From assembly GCA_964404285.1 (NCBI GenBank), contig CAYOJK010000007.1:89130-153129 (forward strand): a DNA stretch of 64,000 nt, in the 5' to 3' direction. The notes beneath the pieces were generated by a model, which was given only the letters and a program-made list of their open reading frames with translations, made no database searches and was not told where the DNA came from. Within the stretch, counting starts at the first letter, position 1. Each line of letters opens with the position of its first letter. This document shows, piece by piece, positions 1-9,665 of this stretch. A program made the translations under genes and the position numbers. Source of the stretch: an uncultured bacterium (GTDB lineage Bacteria > CSSED10-310).

Positions 1-57
1 TAGTTAAGCCGTGGCCTTTTTTTATTATTTAGGTATAGGCTTCGCCGGAATCGTTTC

Positions 58-90
58 TTCAGAAAAGCCGAAGGGAGTCCTTGGCTTCCG
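58..90 (-). terminator. Possible intrinsic terminator after vsr (AAGCC...GGCTT stem followed by a T-run on the minus strand)
   Basis: An imperfect hairpin followed by a U-run on the minus strand lies immediately after the vsr stop codon. Confidence 0.3.
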
Positions 91-186
91 GAAGATGTTC
101 GGTATTATAAAGTTGACGTTCCCCCGGGGACAACCGAGATAGAACTTTTGGCTCCATAACAATTATGGCTTTACCTGTTCGTCCGA

Positions 187-594
187 TTATCTTTTCAGTT
201 CTGCAACCAAATTCATTTTTCGCTCGCTTTGACCATGCTTTAGTTCATGCTCCCAAATTCTTATCACTTTCCAATTATTTAATCTCAGTTCATTTGTGAC
301 TTTTTTGTCTCTGGCCCTGTTCTTTTCAATTTTCAAGTTCCAATAATCCTTGTTAGAAGAAGGCTTTCGACAATGATTGGGACAGCCATGCCAAAAGCAT
401 CCATCAATGAATACAGCTATTTTAAGCCGCGGAAACACAAAATCCGGTTTGCCGATCAATGGATAGTTTCGACGCCAGCCGGTGATGCCGTTTTCCTTCA
501 GGAAAGCAATAAATTTGAGTTCAGTGGATTTTGTGTTTTTCGATTTGACACAAGCCATAATTCGCGAACGCTCGGCTTTCGAAAATTTATCCAT
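187..594 (-). CDS. vsr: Very short patch repair endonuclease (T/G mismatch-specific)
   Basis: The 135-aa protein carries the hallmark Vsr motifs (FIDGCFWHGCPNHC, KPDFVF) and is the right size. It lies next to a C5-cytosine methyltransferase gene. Confidence 0.85.
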   Translation of the reverse strand: MDKFSKAERSRIMACVKSKNTKSTELKFIAFLKENGITGWRRNYPLIGKPDFVFPRLKIAVFIDGCFWHGCPNHCRKPSSNKDYWNLKIEKNRARDKKVTNELRLNNWKVIRIWEHELKHGQSERKMNLVAELKR

Positions 595-597
595 TGA

Positions 598-1335
598 TCA
601 CTCTATTATTTCTATCCAAGATGTATCATAATTGATTGATTTTAGAAGGTCTTCACGATTGATAAGTGGAGGCTTTCTTATCCTTATTGCAAGCCTATCT
701 TTTGGAACAGTTTCGATTATTGTGAATTGAGAACCGTGCGGTTGCCAAGTGAAAACATGCTGATCACTATTCTTTTCGAAGCCTTCCAAGTTATTGTTTT
801 TATTCCATTGCCACCAAAAATTTTCCATTCTGTACAAAATTGTTTCAAATTCAAAAACAGCGACCTCCAACAGATCGTCCGACTTAATAAGAACAACAGT
901 CCGAACATGCCTATACAGCTTTCGAATGGCAGCAACACGCGCATTCCAAATAGCAAGAATTTTTTCACCTAACTCATTTGGCTCCACTGCGCTAATTTTT
1001 CTGTCTCCATATGAATAAACTGGAGAATTCCTACCAGATATTAATCGCACCTTGGACACAGTTGATGGACTTTTACTCTTTACAGTTTTGGCGCCCCATG
1101 CCATTTGTTCTAAAACAACATCATCAAGTCCAACATTCGACGGTTTCCATTCTGCGTCTACAAGCCTTGAAAAGATTTCTTCCCAATCCGTTCCTTCCAG
1201 TCTTGCTGTTCCACGTGAAGCTAAAAGATACACAATCTCTCTTCCTAAATTAACAGCAAAATTTGGAGGAAACTTATTTAGCGGATAACGTGGCTTATAT
1301 TTCTCCACCGTTCGTAATCTTGGTTCTTTAACCAT
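598..1335 (-). CDS. Putative type II restriction endonuclease (cognate of the adjacent m5C methyltransferase)
   Basis: The 245-aa ORF is packed tightly between vsr and the methyltransferase on the same strand, with gaps of 3 and 10 nt. It has no recognisable housekeeping similarity. The assignment rests on position within an R-M cassette. Confidence 0.45.
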   Translation of the reverse strand: MVKEPRLRTVEKYKPRYPLNKFPPNFAVNLGREIVYLLASRGTARLEGTDWEEIFSRLVDAEWKPSNVGLDDVVLEQMAWGAKTVKSKSPSTVSKVRLISGRNSPVYSYGDRKISAVEPNELGEKILAIWNARVAAIRKLYRHVRTVVLIKSDDLLEVAVFEFETILYRMENFWWQWNKNNNLEGFEKNSDQHVFTWQPHGSQFTIIETVPKDRLAIRIRKPPLINREDLLKSINYDTSWIEIIE

Positions 1336-1345
1336 ATTTGACTTC

Positions 1346-2350
1346 CTATTTAAATATTCTCACTTGGCCATCAACTACATGAAAATGTTTCCATACGGGA
1401 TTCTCAGCCACTTGGTCGCTATGCCAATTCTGTGCAAGAAATAAATTTTTAATTACTGCTTTTGCAACCGGCACCGGCAAGCTATTCCCTGCTTGTTTTC
1501 TGGTTTGGCTATAATTGCAAATTATCTTAAAACTATCAGGAAAACCCTGTAAACGCAGCATCTCTCGTGAAGTAAGACGCCTTTCACCATTAACTAACAG
1601 GTAATTATAAGATGCTCCAGCACGCAAAGCGCAAGAAAACGGATAAGCGCTTATGTGCCCTGCCTTGTTTTCATGCCATATTGTAATCTCTTGTGTGGGT
1701 TTGTGCTTTTTCAAACGATTTTTTCTGATATGTTCCGACGCATAGTAAAATCTAGGCACATTCTCTTCTAAAACATCCTTTAATGGCTTCATTGGAAGTT
1801 TGTATCGAGGCCAATCAAAAGAACAAGCTTCTTTAAAACCTACAATAAAAACTCTCTCTCTTTTTTGTGGCAAACCGAAATCTAAAGCATTAAGCACGCG
1901 GTAGTCAATAAAATATCCCAAATCTTCCAAAGCTTGCATTATACGCGCAAGAGTCCTCCCTTTATTGTGACCAGTCAATAATTTGACATTCTCAAGCACA
2001 AATCCTTTGGGTTTTTTTGCCTCAATTATTCTGGCAATTTCAAAGAAAAGAGTTCCGCGTGTATCTTCAAAACCTTTCCTGTTCCCTATTATGCTAAATG
2101 GCTGACAAGGAAATCCGGCTAATAGCAAATCATGATCGGGTATGTCTTCTGACCTGATCGAAGTGATGTCTCCCGATGGCGTCTCATTAAAATTTTCTGT
2201 ATATACCCTACGGCAAGGCTCGTCAACATCACTAGAAAATACGCACTTAACCTTGACATCTAAATCATTGGCTACTTGTTCAACAGCAATCCGAAAACCA
2301 CCAATCCCACAGAATAAATCTATAAAAGTTATTTTAGTCTGATTCAGCAT
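1346..2350 (-). CDS. DNA (cytosine-5)-methyltransferase, Dcm/HhaI-like
   Basis: It has motif I FCGIGG, motif IV PCQPFS, ENV, and the QKRERVFIVG motif. The 334-aa length is typical of mono-specific m5C methyltransferases. Confidence 0.9.
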   Translation of the reverse strand: MLNQTKITFIDLFCGIGGFRIAVEQVANDLDVKVKCVFSSDVDEPCRRVYTENFNETPSGDITSIRSEDIPDHDLLLAGFPCQPFSIIGNRKGFEDTRGTLFFEIARIIEAKKPKGFVLENVKLLTGHNKGRTLARIMQALEDLGYFIDYRVLNALDFGLPQKRERVFIVGFKEACSFDWPRYKLPMKPLKDVLEENVPRFYYASEHIRKNRLKKHKPTQEITIWHENKAGHISAYPFSCALRAGASYNYLLVNGERRLTSREMLRLQGFPDSFKIICNYSQTRKQAGNSLPVPVAKAVIKNLFLAQNWHSDQVAENPVWKHFHVVDGQVRIFK

Positions 2351-2494
2351 TTTAAAATGTGCCTTTCCCTTTTTATCTGGACAATTCTCCTTATTGCCGT
2401 TTAAATATAACTCGGCTGAATAAGATACTATATTTCCTTCTGGAATATATCATAATATAAAGAAAATTAACAATTGACTTTCAGAAAACCTCTT

Positions 2495-3895
2495 TTATAT
2501 CCCATCCAAAAACATATCACCGACTTTAGTGACATTGCCGGCGCCTAACGTGATGACAACTGAGTTGGGTTGCACATTTTGTTTTAATAATTGAACAGCA
2601 TTTTCAAAGTCTGTGGCGGCAAAAACTCGCTTGCCATAGCGTTCCCGACAGCGCTCAACCAGTAAATCAGAAGAGATGCCCTGATGTTCCTGCTCTGATG
2701 CGGCATAAACCGGCAGAATAACAAGCATGTCCACACCCTCGAAAGCATCGACGAAATCATCCAGAAAAAACTTGGTTCTGGAAAACCGATGAGGTTCAAA
2801 AACGGCAATGATCGGCTTGTTCTGCCAATTTTTCAATGTCTCCAAAGTAGCTTTGATTTCTGTAGGATGATGCGCATAATCATCAATAATTAAAACACCT
2901 TTTTCGGAACCCTTCAGCTCCATTCGACGTCGGACTCCCTGATAGCTTGCCAGAGCCTGTTTGATACATTCCGGCGAAATCATCAATTGAAGCCCGACTC
3001 CAATAGCCGCCAAGCTGTTCAAAAGCATGTGTTTTCCAGGCGCCGGCAGTGTAAACAACCCTAGTGATTTAGATTGTAAATAAACTTCAAACGTCTGATG
3101 GTCATCGGAAGCTGATACGGGAACTCCCACCAGATCGTTGTTTTTGCCCAAACCGTATTTTAAGACGCGACGTCTATAGGTTCTAATAAGACTGCGTATA
3201 TTCGAATCATCTCCACATACAACGGCTGTACCGAAAAAGGGCACTCGATCAAGAAAGTTCCGAAACGTCCCTATTATTTCTCCAATGTCACGATAGTGAT
3301 CTAAGTGATCTTCTTCGATATTGGTAACCACTGCAATCTCGGGTGTCAGATGCAAAAAACTCGCATCACTTTCATCGGCTTCAGCTACCAAATAACTCCC
3401 GGCCCCCACCCTGGCGTTAGCTCCGATATTTCTGGCGTTTCCACCGATAATGACAGTGGGATCCAACTCGGCACAGCTCATTACCAACGCTATAAGTGAT
3501 GTCGTCGTCGTTTTGCCGTGTGTGCCTGCAACTGCAATCCCCGTCTGAAACCGCATTAACTCAGCCAGCAACTCAGCACGACGAATCACGGGAAGCCGCG
3601 CACGCCAGGCTGCAAGAATTTCCGGGTTGTCATTGCGAACCGCCGATGTATGAACAACCACATCAGCAGTTTGGATTTGCTCAGCACGATGGCCGATGAA
3701 AACATTTGCGCCCAATTGTTCCAGGCGTTTGGTTGTCGGCGAATCCTTAATATCAGAACCTTGAACATTAAAGCCAAGATTCAACAAAATCTCCGCCAAA
3801 CCTGACATGCCGACTCCACCTATTCCGACAAAATGAACCGTCTTAATTTTACCCGAAAACCATGGTTTTGAACGCATTTTTGTTTCCTCGATCAA
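2495..3895 (-). CDS. murC: UDP-N-acetylmuramate--L-alanine ligase
   Basis: It has the N-terminal GIGGVGMSGLAEIL motif and the Mur ligase central GTHGKTTTTS motif. It is 466 aa. Confidence 0.95.
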   Translation of the reverse strand: MIEETKMRSKPWFSGKIKTVHFVGIGGVGMSGLAEILLNLGFNVQGSDIKDSPTTKRLEQLGANVFIGHRAEQIQTADVVVHTSAVRNDNPEILAAWRARLPVIRRAELLAELMRFQTGIAVAGTHGKTTTTSLIALVMSCAELDPTVIIGGNARNIGANARVGAGSYLVAEADESDASFLHLTPEIAVVTNIEEDHLDHYRDIGEIIGTFRNFLDRVPFFGTAVVCGDDSNIRSLIRTYRRRVLKYGLGKNNDLVGVPVSASDDHQTFEVYLQSKSLGLFTLPAPGKHMLLNSLAAIGVGLQLMISPECIKQALASYQGVRRRMELKGSEKGVLIIDDYAHHPTEIKATLETLKNWQNKPIIAVFEPHRFSRTKFFLDDFVDAFEGVDMLVILPVYAASEQEHQGISSDLLVERCRERYGKRVFAATDFENAVQLLKQNVQPNSVVITLGAGNVTKVGDMFLDGI

Positions 3896-5511
3896 TCAAT
3901 TTTAAGCAGTTTGGTTATAGGCTGCTTCAACAAACGTAAAAAGCTGATATAAACTATTAAAAATACGGCGCTACCTAGACAGAGCCCCAACAAAGACTCA
4001 AAGAATATAGAATTGCCACCTACAAAGCGGATCTGCAAAAGCGAAACCGCCACCGATGAAATCAGTTTCTTAATAAAAGGCGCCGACAGATCAATCAGAT
4101 AAAATGAAGCCGCTGACGCTGCCAACGATGAAATCAGTATCTTGATAAAAGGCGCCAACAAGCTGAAATGGATAGCCCCATCCCCTGTCTGAGTTCTGAT
4201 TTTTTTCCTGATGAGAAGCAACAGTGCGACACCAGCGAAAGAATATGCGATCGATGTCGCCAAGGCCAGGCCGGCGTGCTGAAGAGGTGTTTTGACCAGC
4301 GCGTAATTTAACACAATGTTTATGAACATCATTGCAATTGAGACGATCACCGGTGTCAGCGTATCTTTCATGGAATTGAATGCGCGTGACAGAATTGAAA
4401 GCGCAGTCATACCGACCAAGCCAAGACTGTAATAAGCAAAAGCGGATGAGCTGAGTAGTACTGCTGTTTCATCAAAAGCTCCTCTTTGATAGACAATACG
4501 AATGATCAACTCGGAAAACACAAAGAGCGCCAATGTCGCAGGAGTCATGATAGCCAGCGTAAAACGCAACGCTCCGCTTATCAACCGAACGAACTCGTAA
4601 AGGTCTTCAACCGCATCGACCATGTGTTGAAAAAAAGTTCTCGCAATTCCTAAAACAAGGATGCCGTGCGGCAACTGAAGCAGTCGAAAAGAGTATCCCA
4701 GCGCGGCGATGCTTCCAGTTGAAACGATTGAAGCCAGTCTTCGGTCGACAAGGACAATCGTCTTATCCAAAATCGTTTCGACCAAAACGGGGCCGGCTAA
4801 CTTATTCACTTTTTTCACGTTGGGGTCCGACAGTGCAATTTTGTGGTGGTTGAATCTGAATGTTTGTCTGACGGTCGGCCACATGACAAGAGCTTCCAAG
4901 AGTCCACCGATCAATACCCCAACTGCAGCAGTCAATGGTCCATATCGAGACATACCGATCCACATAATCACGACGGTGCCGACGTTAAACATGGCGGGAG
5001 CAATACCGTAGATACCAAATTTTTCACGGGTTTGCAGTATCACGCCAAACATGGAAATTACGCTGATAATGACCAGAAAGGGGAACATGATTCGAGTCAT
5101 TGTAACAGCGAGCACATGCGTTTCGGGATCAAAACCCGGCGCGAATAGTTGAACCAGCCAAGGCGCTACCGCCATACCCAACGCGGTGACAAACGATCCT
5201 ATTGAAATCAGTAAAAACAATGTTGTTTTGGCTAAATTTCCTGCAGCCTCCTTGTCGCCGGCTCTATCCAGCAGTTTGTAGGTGGGAAGCATCGCGGTTT
5301 CGAGCAGTTTTTCTCCAAAAATTCGTCTAAAAAGGTTTGGAAGCGTATAAGCAATCACGTACGCATCCATCACGGATCCGGACCCTAGAAAAAAAGCAAG
5401 AGCCATCTCGCGTATCAAGCCGGTGACCCGGCTGATCATCGTCGTAGAACTCAACTTTAAAAAACCACTAAGAATTCTTGACTGGCGAGATTTTTCTTGG
5501 CTCATACTCAA
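3892..5511 (-). CDS. murJ: Lipid II flippase MurJ (MviN)
   Basis: The N-terminus matches the MurJ signature (ISRVTGLIREMALAFFLGSGSVMDAYVIAYTLPNLFRRIF). It is a polytopic membrane protein of 539 aa. Confidence 0.9.
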   Translation of the reverse strand: MSMSQEKSRQSRILSGFLKLSSTTMISRVTGLIREMALAFFLGSGSVMDAYVIAYTLPNLFRRIFGEKLLETAMLPTYKLLDRAGDKEAAGNLAKTTLFLLISIGSFVTALGMAVAPWLVQLFAPGFDPETHVLAVTMTRIMFPFLVIISVISMFGVILQTREKFGIYGIAPAMFNVGTVVIMWIGMSRYGPLTAAVGVLIGGLLEALVMWPTVRQTFRFNHHKIALSDPNVKKVNKLAGPVLVETILDKTIVLVDRRLASIVSTGSIAALGYSFRLLQLPHGILVLGIARTFFQHMVDAVEDLYEFVRLISGALRFTLAIMTPATLALFVFSELIIRIVYQRGAFDETAVLLSSSAFAYYSLGLVGMTALSILSRAFNSMKDTLTPVIVSIAMMFINIVLNYALVKTPLQHAGLALATSIAYSFAGVALLLLIRKKIRTQTGDGAIHFSLLAPFIKILISSLAASAASFYLIDLSAPFIKKLISSVAVSLLQIRFVGGNSIFFESLLGLCLGSAVFLIVYISFLRLLKQPITKLLKID

Positions 5512-6701
5512 TACACGTCCTTGGATAACATCAAATTGACAATTCTTTCCGCAGCATCAGGCTTACCAAGCTCTTTAGCTTTTTGAGCCATAATACCCAA
5601 TCGAGCAGGATAGGCATTCAATGATTTAATGGTATCAGCAATCCGCACTCCGGAGACTTCGCTCTCAGGCATTACAAAAGCAGCGCCGGCACGGCTTAAT
5701 TCCCCGGCATTCGTGGTTTGGTGGTTTCGCACAGCTCCCGGCCAAGGAACAATAATGGAAGGAATTCCCCGCGCTGTTATTTCTGCAAGCGTCATAGCGC
5801 CGGCTCGGCATAAAATTAAATCAGCTGCTGCTAACGCTTGATGTGTATCATAAATAAATGGAAACGGGTGATAATTTGAACGTGGGGATATCGTTTGGAT
5901 AAATTTTTCATATTTCCCTTTACCTGTGGCGTGTAAAATCTGCCAGTTTCCAAGAATCAACCCATCGCGATCTAGATTCATCAGATCACGAACCAGAGAG
6001 TTCAACACTTCTGAGCCCAAGCTACCCCCGATTACCAAGAGCGTCCTTTTCGATGGGTCCAATTCAAATTTCACGATACCGGATTGCCTGTCAGCCGTGA
6101 TAATCTTTCTCAATACCGGATTTCCAACTAACTCAACACATGTGCGTGACGGCAACTGACTTCGAGTTATTTCATAGGCAGTTCCAACCCCATCTACCCA
6201 ACGAGCCAGTAATTTGACAGTGAGGCCGGGAACCGAGTTTTGCTCCAATAGCCAAGTGCGTATTCCAGCTATTTTCGATGCTATCATTACGGGCGCACAA
6301 ACATAACCTCCAGTTCCTAACACAAAATCCGGCGCAAATTCCTGAATAATTGCTCGAGCTTGCCTAACCGGACGCAAGGTCATCCAGGAAGCCATTGTTC
6401 CCACGTTGCGGGAGATCGCTTTAAAGCTAATTGATCGATCCAATCCTCTTAATTTTAGGGTAGTCAAAGGAATATCGAAGCGTGGAACCAAATCTTCTTC
6501 ATGACGTCCTCTAACTCCAACCCAAAGGATTCTTGGATGACGTATACGTTCACGAACTGCCTCGACAACGGCGAGTCCAGGCGTGATATGCCCACCCGTT
6601 CCGCCACCTGCAATCAACAATCGAAAATTATTAGACACTTTAACTCTCCCAAAAAGTATTATAAAAAGGTTTACACCAAAGACAATTTTTACTACTCTCA
6701 A
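5508..6701 (-). CDS. murG: UDP-GlcNAc:lipid I GlcNAc transferase
   Basis: It has the LLIAGGGTGGHITPGLAV N-terminal motif and a GT28 C-terminal domain. It overlaps murJ by 4 nt. Confidence 0.9.
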   Translation of the reverse strand: MRVVKIVFGVNLFIILFGRVKVSNNFRLLIAGGGTGGHITPGLAVVEAVRERIRHPRILWVGVRGRHEEDLVPRFDIPLTTLKLRGLDRSISFKAISRNVGTMASWMTLRPVRQARAIIQEFAPDFVLGTGGYVCAPVMIASKIAGIRTWLLEQNSVPGLTVKLLARWVDGVGTAYEITRSQLPSRTCVELVGNPVLRKIITADRQSGIVKFELDPSKRTLLVIGGSLGSEVLNSLVRDLMNLDRDGLILGNWQILHATGKGKYEKFIQTISPRSNYHPFPFIYDTHQALAAADLILCRAGAMTLAEITARGIPSIIVPWPGAVRNHQTTNAGELSRAGAAFVMPESEVSGVRIADTIKSLNAYPARLGIMAQKAKELGKPDAAERIVNLMLSKDVY

Positions 6702-6730
6702 ATCGCGCGATTATGAGGACTAACTAAATC

Positions 6731-7318
6731 ATGAAACAAAATACCAAAATAAAAGTGCTTCGTGAAATAAAAGATTGGTCTCGCAGCCTGTTATGGGGAG
6801 CCATTTTCGTTTATTTTTTTACCAGCTACGTATTCAAAGCCTATAAAGTTGAAGGCAGATCGATGCAACCCCTTTTGCAAAATGGTGAACGTATATTTGT
6901 CAATCGCTTAGTTTATCGGTTAGATGATATTGAACGGGGAGATATTGTTGTATTTTATCATCCTGCGGAACCCAAGGATTTTTTTATAAAACGAGTTTTG
7001 GGATTGCCGGGTGAAACGATCGAGGTCAGACGAGGCAAAGTGTACATCAATAATCAGCCAATAGACGATCAATTTGTTCCAGACTATTTCAGTAGCCGTG
7101 AAAATGTTAAAAGATTGATGATTCCTCAAGGCCACTATTTTGTTTCAGGAGACCATCGTAATCAAAGTTACGACAGTCGTATATGGGCCAACGAACCAGA
7201 CAAGTCACCATTTGTTCCTGAACAGTATATAATGGGTCGAGCATCATTTCGTTATTGGCCGTTAGCATCATTTGGCGTGATTAAAAATAATTTTATCCCT
7301 TTGGAGTCTTCAAGCTAA
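6731..7318 (+). CDS. lepB: Signal peptidase I
   Basis: It has the S26 motifs GRSMQP, RGDIVVF, KRVLGLPGE and GDHRNQSYDSR. Confidence 0.9.
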   Translation: MKQNTKIKVLREIKDWSRSLLWGAIFVYFFTSYVFKAYKVEGRSMQPLLQNGERIFVNRLVYRLDDIERGDIVVFYHPAEPKDFFIKRVLGLPGETIEVRRGKVYINNQPIDDQFVPDYFSSRENVKRLMIPQGHYFVSGDHRNQSYDSRIWANEPDKSPFVPEQYIMGRASFRYWPLASFGVIKNNFIPLESSS

Positions 7319-7321
7319 TTT

Positions 7322-9589
7322 ATGGCCTTGACACCCAACCCTCTAACCTCTGCTGTTTCCCTTGCCGATGAACCTAGCGCTATTCGTCGGTCTTGGCATA
7401 GTTGGATCACTCTTCAAAGCCAAAAAGCTTGGGTTTTGCCACACGTAGAACGACGATTCGATGCCATTGCCTACAAGAATATCACGGTATTTACTGCGCC
7501 TATTTTTCCTATATGGCTGGCCCACCTACTACGGAATCGCCTTCTCACTGAAGGATGGCCTGCACCTAAATACCTTTTAACAACTGGAAATATTTTTAAG
7601 CGACAAGCAGATACTCTTGCTTCAATACAAAATGAACCGGTCTTTTTTCTAGAATTGGGGATTGATCCAAAGCTTTCACATACCGCAAAAGAATGGATCG
7701 TTCAATTATTGGAAGAAGCTGCAATTCAAAATAAAACACTTCAATTCATACCACTCATATTCCTGTGGAATCGATCACCAAAACGCCAATACCTTTATCC
7801 TCTATATGGTTTTCTTCGTCACCGGCATCACAATGTGATCAGCACAGGGCTTCCAAAAACGATTCAACCAGGAATAACGAAAGAGATACCCTCAGCTCAA
7901 ACAATCCGCCGTGAACAGCTTGCTGCCTGGAACCAAGAAAGCCGATGCATAATCGGCGATAAAAAGGAGCCTATAAGAAAAACTATACAGACTATTCAAT
8001 CTGAACCGGTATTGTTGAATCTGTTGAAAAGCTTGGCTGGTCAAGGAAAAGATACGTTGCCGACCCTTCAATCCCGAGTCTCGGCTTATGTGCGGGAAAT
8101 TGCCGCTGATTATTCCCATGTTTCACCATGGGTCTGGGAAAAAGCCCTAGGACCATTCTTGAAGAAAAACTTTTCTTCCCTTGACTTTGATCACGACGGT
8201 TTGGACGAACTGCGAATTTTACTCCGAAAACGCGATATTGTTATTCTAACCCCAACACATCGAAGCCACCTGGACTATATTTTCATCTCATTCGCTATCT
8301 ATAAACAAGGGCTGGCCTGTCCACTTGTCGCAGCAGGACAAAATCTCTCTTTCTGGCCGATGGGATACGTGTTTAGAAAAACTGGAGCGTTTTTCATCAG
8401 AAGAACTTTTCGTGGACTTGATATCTATCCCCATGTATTCCGCTCATATTTATGGATGATTTTGCGAAAATTTCAACCGGTCGAATTCTTTATTGAAGGA
8501 GGTCGGAGTCGAACCGGCGCTCTTCTTCCTGCAAAACTTGGCATGCTAAACATGATTATTGACGCCTACACTGCAGGAAAACTCAAAGATGTTAAATTTG
8601 TACCACTAGCTGTCAATTATGACCGTATTATAGAAGAAGATAGCTACATCCGTGAATTGAAAGGCCTGCCCAAACAAACAGAACATGTGTCCAGCCTTTT
8701 TAAAAGCCGACACTTACTTAAAAGACATTTTGGAAATGTATGCTTTGCTATCGGTAAACCTGTCTCATTGGCTGAAACACTTACAACTAACGCTTCACAA
8801 ACTGAACAAAAAGATATGCTCAGCATGGTGATTATGAATAGCCTCAGGCTATCCATGCCGATAACATCAACTGCCCTGGTTGCCACCGTTCTAATGGCCA
8901 TTGATCCCAACCATGAAATTAGTTCGAATGAAATAATTGCCAACGCATGTGGTTTGCTACAAATCATAGAAGAGGTTCATCCAGACGCTAGCGTTGCCAG
9001 GGAATGTTCAGATAAATCCAAACTGGATTCAGTGTTACAATCCGCTCTGTTACGAATGCAAGAATTTCAAAATATTCTTCCAACTCAAGAACCTGACAAA
9101 TGGAAATTGAACGAAAACCGCCGCTTCCAAGTGGATTATTTAAGAAATAGTATTGTCAGCCTGCTCTTAGCGCCGGCGCTGGCAATCATTTATAACTCCA
9201 AAGAATGGGATTCTCCTGAGTCTATCAAACTATTGGAAATTTTCTGCCCTGGAATTCATCCTGTACCAACTCATGTCTTTAAACACGAAATTGATAAAAG
9301 CCTTACCCTTTTACCAGGCTGGTCCTTCGAACAGAAAAAACTCTTAATCCAAACTGTGTCACCCGTTTTAAACTTAATACAAAATATTCAAGCTATCGTC
9401 ATGTCAAAAAATATCGACGTTAAAAAGGCGACAACTCAGGTTTGGAACGATATTTTTAATCAGGTGATCGACAAAAAAACTAAAGAAACCTATCCGGAAA
9501 TTTGTACAAAATTCTTTGTTAACGAACTATTTAAAGCATTTAAGCAAAGTGGCAGTGAACCTGCTGATCACACCGACGGATCAGAATAA
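7322..9589 (+). CDS. plsB: Glycerol-3-phosphate 1-O-acyltransferase
   Basis: It has the GPAT blocks HRSHLDY, FFIRR, FIEGGRSRTG and VPLAVNYDR. It is 755 aa. Confidence 0.8.
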   Translation: MALTPNPLTSAVSLADEPSAIRRSWHSWITLQSQKAWVLPHVERRFDAIAYKNITVFTAPIFPIWLAHLLRNRLLTEGWPAPKYLLTTGNIFKRQADTLASIQNEPVFFLELGIDPKLSHTAKEWIVQLLEEAAIQNKTLQFIPLIFLWNRSPKRQYLYPLYGFLRHRHHNVISTGLPKTIQPGITKEIPSAQTIRREQLAAWNQESRCIIGDKKEPIRKTIQTIQSEPVLLNLLKSLAGQGKDTLPTLQSRVSAYVREIAADYSHVSPWVWEKALGPFLKKNFSSLDFDHDGLDELRILLRKRDIVILTPTHRSHLDYIFISFAIYKQGLACPLVAAGQNLSFWPMGYVFRKTGAFFIRRTFRGLDIYPHVFRSYLWMILRKFQPVEFFIEGGRSRTGALLPAKLGMLNMIIDAYTAGKLKDVKFVPLAVNYDRIIEEDSYIRELKGLPKQTEHVSSLFKSRHLLKRHFGNVCFAIGKPVSLAETLTTNASQTEQKDMLSMVIMNSLRLSMPITSTALVATVLMAIDPNHEISSNEIIANACGLLQIIEEVHPDASVARECSDKSKLDSVLQSALLRMQEFQNILPTQEPDKWKLNENRRFQVDYLRNSIVSLLLAPALAIIYNSKEWDSPESIKLLEIFCPGIHPVPTHVFKHEIDKSLTLLPGWSFEQKKLLIQTVSPVLNLIQNIQAIVMSKNIDVKKATTQVWNDIFNQVIDKKTKETYPEICTKFFVNELFKAFKQSGSEPADHTDGSE

Positions 9590-9665
9590 TCACCTATTTA
9601 AATAACCTATGCGTAGATTTAGACCCTTCAGACGGAAACATAAGTACCCGAATTTAATCATCTAA

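Noticed and set aside
373-1288. Multiple 60-100-aa ORFs on both strands overlapping vsr and the putative restriction endonuclease gene.
   Set aside because: They overlap longer ORFs that carry clear family motifs or operon logic. No SD or family signal was seen, so they are treated as frame artefacts.
4709-5148. Two approximately 100-aa plus-strand ORFs inside murJ.
   Set aside because: They are antisense to a well-supported polytopic membrane protein gene, and no features support them.
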